In this document: in pieces, positions 61,055 to 64,000 of the stretch
How the letters are laid out: the number at the start of each line of letters is the position of its first letter
Position numbering within the stretch: position 1 is the first letter of the stretch
Assembly (NCBI GenBank): GCA_038883795.1
Contig: JAVZLK010000005.1
Coordinates: 39,144 to 103,143 of the forward strand
DNA: 64,000 nucleotides
Reading direction: 5' to 3'
DNA from: Candidatus Bathyarchaeia archaeon
Lineage (GTDB): Archaea > Thermoproteota > Bathyarchaeia > Bathyarchaeales > Bathycorpusculaceae
Made by a program: the position numbers and the translations under genes
Notes under the pieces: generated by a model
Databases searched by the model: none
Told to the model about the DNA's origin: nothing
The model's input: only the letters and a program-made list of their open reading frames with translations

Positions 61055-61498
61055 ATGGCCAAGCTTCTTATTCTTTATTATAGCCGAACTGGGAATACTG
61101 AGAAAATGGCTAAGGCTATGGCAGAAGGCGCCAAAACAGTTCAAGGGGTTGATGTGGAAATAGCCTATTACGTGGCTGTTGAAAATTTAACAAGTTTTGA
61201 CGCTTTAGCCTTTGGAGTTCCAACTTATCATCATGACATGCCTTTGAACATAAAGAATCTTTTGGAGGAGGCTGCTGTTAAGAAAATAGTTTTGAAAGGG
61301 AAGATTGGAGCAGCTTTTGGTTCTTATGGTTGGAGCGGTGAAGCCCCACGTTTAGTTCTTGAAATTTTGAAGAACAAGTTTGAAATGGAAGTTATTGAAC
61401 CGCCACTCCTAATTAAGTACACGCCAGACAATGATGGCTTAGAAAAATGTAGAGAGTTTGGAAGGAAAGTTGCCGAAAGACTTATGCACGTAAGCTAA
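61055..61498 (+). CDS. Flavodoxin
   Basis: YYSRTGNTEKMA, GVPTY and AFGSYGWSGEA. Confidence 0.9.
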   Translation: MAKLLILYYSRTGNTEKMAKAMAEGAKTVQGVDVEIAYYVAVENLTSFDALAFGVPTYHHDMPLNIKNLLEEAAVKKIVLKGKIGAAFGSYGWSGEAPRLVLEILKNKFEMEVIEPPLLIKYTPDNDGLEKCREFGRKVAERLMHVS

Positions 61499-61507
61499 CA
61501 TGTTTTA

Positions 61508-62002
61508 GTGAAGGCGAATATTATGAAAACAAAAAATGAATTGATTGAGTTTATGAAGAGGCAGATTAAGGTTGAAAATGATATTGTGGATTCGCTGAAC
61601 AATGCATTGATTGACATGAAAAACCCGCCAGTAAAAGGGGTCTTGAAGGGCATATCCCTCGATTCGCTGAAGCATGCGGAAATGTATGCAGCTGCCACAG
61701 AATTATTGACAAGGGTTTCCCAAGCCATAACGCAAGAGCAACTGGACAAGCAGAAAGCGGTTGTGGAAAAGCACATACGTATAGAAGCTGAGCTTATCAA
61801 GAAAATTAGTAAAGTTTTGCCAACAGTTGAAGATGAGAAGGTTAAGCTTCTTTTGAGCGCCATTTTAGAGGATGAGAAAAGGCATCATGCACTGCTGAAA
61901 ATGGTTTTGGAGATTCTTGTTCGCGGTGAAGCCATAACGGAAGCTGACTGGTGGGATTTGCTCTGGAAGAACGTTCCGTTTCATGGCGCTCCTGGAGGAT
62001 AA
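61508..62002 (+). CDS. Ferritin-like (rubrerythrin-type) four-helix protein
   Basis: Two E...DS/ExxH repeats (VE...DSLKH; IE...DEKRH). The start may be ATG 61523. Confidence 0.75.
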   Translation: MKANIMKTKNELIEFMKRQIKVENDIVDSLNNALIDMKNPPVKGVLKGISLDSLKHAEMYAAATELLTRVSQAITQEQLDKQKAVVEKHIRIEAELIKKISKVLPTVEDEKVKLLLSAILEDEKRHHALLKMVLEILVRGEAITEADWWDLLWKNVPFHGAPGG

Positions 62003-62102
62003 GATCACAAAGTTAACTGAAACTCGCTTTTTTGTTTTATTAACCGATAAGCTTTTATGACGTATGGCATACTTAACAATTACATACCACCAAAGTGAGA
62101 AA

Positions 62103-64000
62103 ATGCACCATCAACACCACGCCCACCATATCCAAGAATTCAAAAACAAGTTCTGGATTTCCCTCATCCTCACAATACCAATTCTGCTTCTATCAGAAAT
62201 GATACAAACATGGTTTCCAATTCTCCAAACATTACAAGTACCCTTCAAAAAAGAAATCCTACTATTTCTATCCATAATCGTTTACATCTATGGCGGATTG
62301 CCCTTTCTAAAAGGATTAGTGGATGAGATAAGGGCTCGGCAGCCTGGGATGATGACGCTTGTAGGAACAGCCATAACAGTAGCCTTTCTATATTCGGCTG
62401 GAACAGTTTTCATGCCTTTAGGCATGGACTTCTTTTGGGAACTTGCCACGCTTATAGATGTTATGCTTTTGGGGCATTGGATAGAAGCCAAAAGTGTCAT
62501 GGGGGCTTCAATGGCGCTGGAAGAACTTGTTAGGATAATGCCAACCACAGCCCATAGGCTAAAGGACGGTGAAGTTGAAGAAGTTCCAGTTTCAGAGTTA
62601 CGTGTCGGCGATAAGGTTCTTGTCCGTCCGGGCGAGAAAATACCATCAGACGGCGTTGTGGTTGAAGGCGAATCCTCAGTCAACGAGGCTTTGTTAACTG
62701 GAGAATCCAAACCCATCCCAAAAAGCGTGATGGACAAAGTTATTGGTGGCTCAATAAATGGCGAAGGCGTTTTGAAAGTGCGCATAGAAAAAACTGGAGA
62801 AGAAACCTACCTATCTCAAGTGGTAAAGCTTGTTAGGCAAGCTCAAGAAAGCAAATCGCGAACTCAGGATTTAGCGAATAGGGCTGCAGCGCTCCTCTTT
62901 TATGTGGCTCTTGGAGTTGCAATAATAACCTACGCTGTTTGGTCTTTTCTCGGATTTAGTGAAATAGCCCTCGAAAGAACAGTAACAGTTTTAGTCATTG
63001 CTTGTCCTCATGCCCTCGGCTTAGCAATTCCTTTGGTTGTTGCCCTTTCAACCTCAATAACCGCCAAAAGTGGGATACTAATCCGTGACAGAAAAGCCTT
63101 TGAAATGGTTAAGGATGTAAACGCCATAGTCTTCGACAAAACTGGAACATTAACCATGGGCAACTTCGGCGTCACTGACATAGTTTCCTTCATTCCCAAA
63201 AATGAACTTTTAAAACTAACATCAAGCGTTGAATTGAATTCGGAGCACATAATAGCCAAAGCCATTGTAGAATATGCAAAGGAAAATGGCATACAAATTC
63301 CAAAAGCCAAAGAGTTTAAGGCATTGCCAGGAAAGGGTGCTTACGGAAAAGTTGGTAAAAGCGAAGTTTACGTTGGAAGCGTAAACCTTCTCAATGAAAT
63401 GAAAATAAACGTAAATGATGAAAGAATAAAAGGGCTGCAAGAACAGGGAAAAACCGTAGTTTTCACGGTGGTTGATGGGATGCTTGCTGGTGCCTTGGCA
63501 CTTTCCGACAGAATAAGGGAGGAATCCTTCGAGGCGGTTAGAAAGCTGAAGGAAAGGGGGTTAAAGGTTTACATGCTCACGGGTGATTCTGAAGATGTTG
63601 CCCGTTGGGTTGCAAAAGAGCTTGGCATAGATGATTATTTCGCCCAGGTTTTGCCAGACAAAAAAGCCGAAAAAATAGCATACTTAAAAGAAAATGGTTA
63701 TAAGGTGGCAGTGGTTGGCGACGGCATAAACGACGCCCCAGCCCTTGTCACAGCGGATGTGGGCATAGCAATAGGCGCAGGCACAGACGTAGCCATTGAA
63801 AGCGCAGACATAATCCTAGTAAGAAACGACCCTAGGGATGTTCCAAAGGTCATAGACCTTTCAAAAAAGACATATTCAAAGATGGTTCAGAATTTGTGGT
63901 GGGCAGCAGGCTACAACATCATAACATTGCCATTAGCAGCCAGCAGCGTAAATCTGAACCCAGCAATAGGAGCAATAGTTATGTCTTTAAGCACAGTTAT
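62103..64000 (+). CDS. copB: Copper-transporting P1B-3 ATPase (CopB-like), runs off the window edge
   Basis: Not in the ORF track. Hand-translated from ATG 62103: MHHQHHAHH..., PGMMTL, TGES, IACPHALGLAIP (CPH), DKTGT, GDGINDAPAL and YN...MSLS. Confidence 0.9.
   Translation, partial: MHHQHHAHHIQEFKNKFWISLILTIPILLLSEMIQTWFPILQTLQVPFKKEILLFLSIIVYIYGGLPFLKGLVDEIRARQPGMMTLVGTAITVAFLYSAGTVFMPLGMDFFWELATLIDVMLLGHWIEAKSVMGASMALEELVRIMPTTAHRLKDGEVEEVPVSELRVGDKVLVRPGEKIPSDGVVVEGESSVNEALLTGESKPIPKSVMDKVIGGSINGEGVLKVRIEKTGEETYLSQVVKLVRQAQESKSRTQDLANRAAALLFYVALGVAIITYAVWSFLGFSEIALERTVTVLVIACPHALGLAIPLVVALSTSITAKSGILIRDRKAFEMVKDVNAIVFDKTGTLTMGNFGVTDIVSFIPKNELLKLTSSVELNSEHIIAKAIVEYAKENGIQIPKAKEFKALPGKGAYGKVGKSEVYVGSVNLLNEMKINVNDERIKGLQEQGKTVVFTVVDGMLAGALALSDRIREESFEAVRKLKERGLKVYMLTGDSEDVARWVAKELGIDDYFAQVLPDKKAEKIAYLKENGYKVAVVGDGINDAPALVTADVGIAIGAGTDVAIESADIILVRNDPRDVPKVIDLSKKTYSKMVQNLWWAAGYNIITLPLAASSVNLNPAIGAIVMSLSTV

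Overview
Gene-dense archaeal chromosomal segment with TATA/BRE-like promoters, GGAGG/GGTGA ribosome-binding sites and many GTG/TTG starts. The gene set resembles Candidatus Bathyarchaeia, which is an inference from content only. I found no rRNA, tRNA, CRISPR array or transposase. The window is almost entirely anaerobic energy and acyl-CoA metabolism. It holds a beta-oxidation/ETF cluster, NfnAB transhydrogenase, thioredoxin reductase, two paralogous MvhAG [NiFe]-hydrogenase/HdrABC operons with three different HdrA architectures, a tungsten-type AOR, and a soluble fumarate reductase/succinate dehydrogenase whose Fe-S subunit is fused to CCG domains. It also holds a methylmalonyl-CoA cluster: PrpE-like CoA ligase, epimerase, BirA, 12S/5S/1.3S-like biotin subunits and mutase. 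The strongest hypothesis is a fully cytoplasmic archaeal propionate/succinate (Wood-Werkman-like) pathway wired to Hdr/Mvh/Nfn flavin-based bifurcation through modular ferredoxin-MvhD adaptors. Unusual parts include a ribbon-helix-helix/GcvH fusion lacking the lipoyl lysine, an MvhD-winged-helix fusion, two HdrA paralogs with complementary cluster losses, two unannotated tandem CxxC microproteins, a 34-bp repeated promoter element, an AAC(3)-like gene inside the carboxylase cluster and a methyltransferase with an in-frame TGA. All family assignments come from motif recognition by eye, not from database searches.
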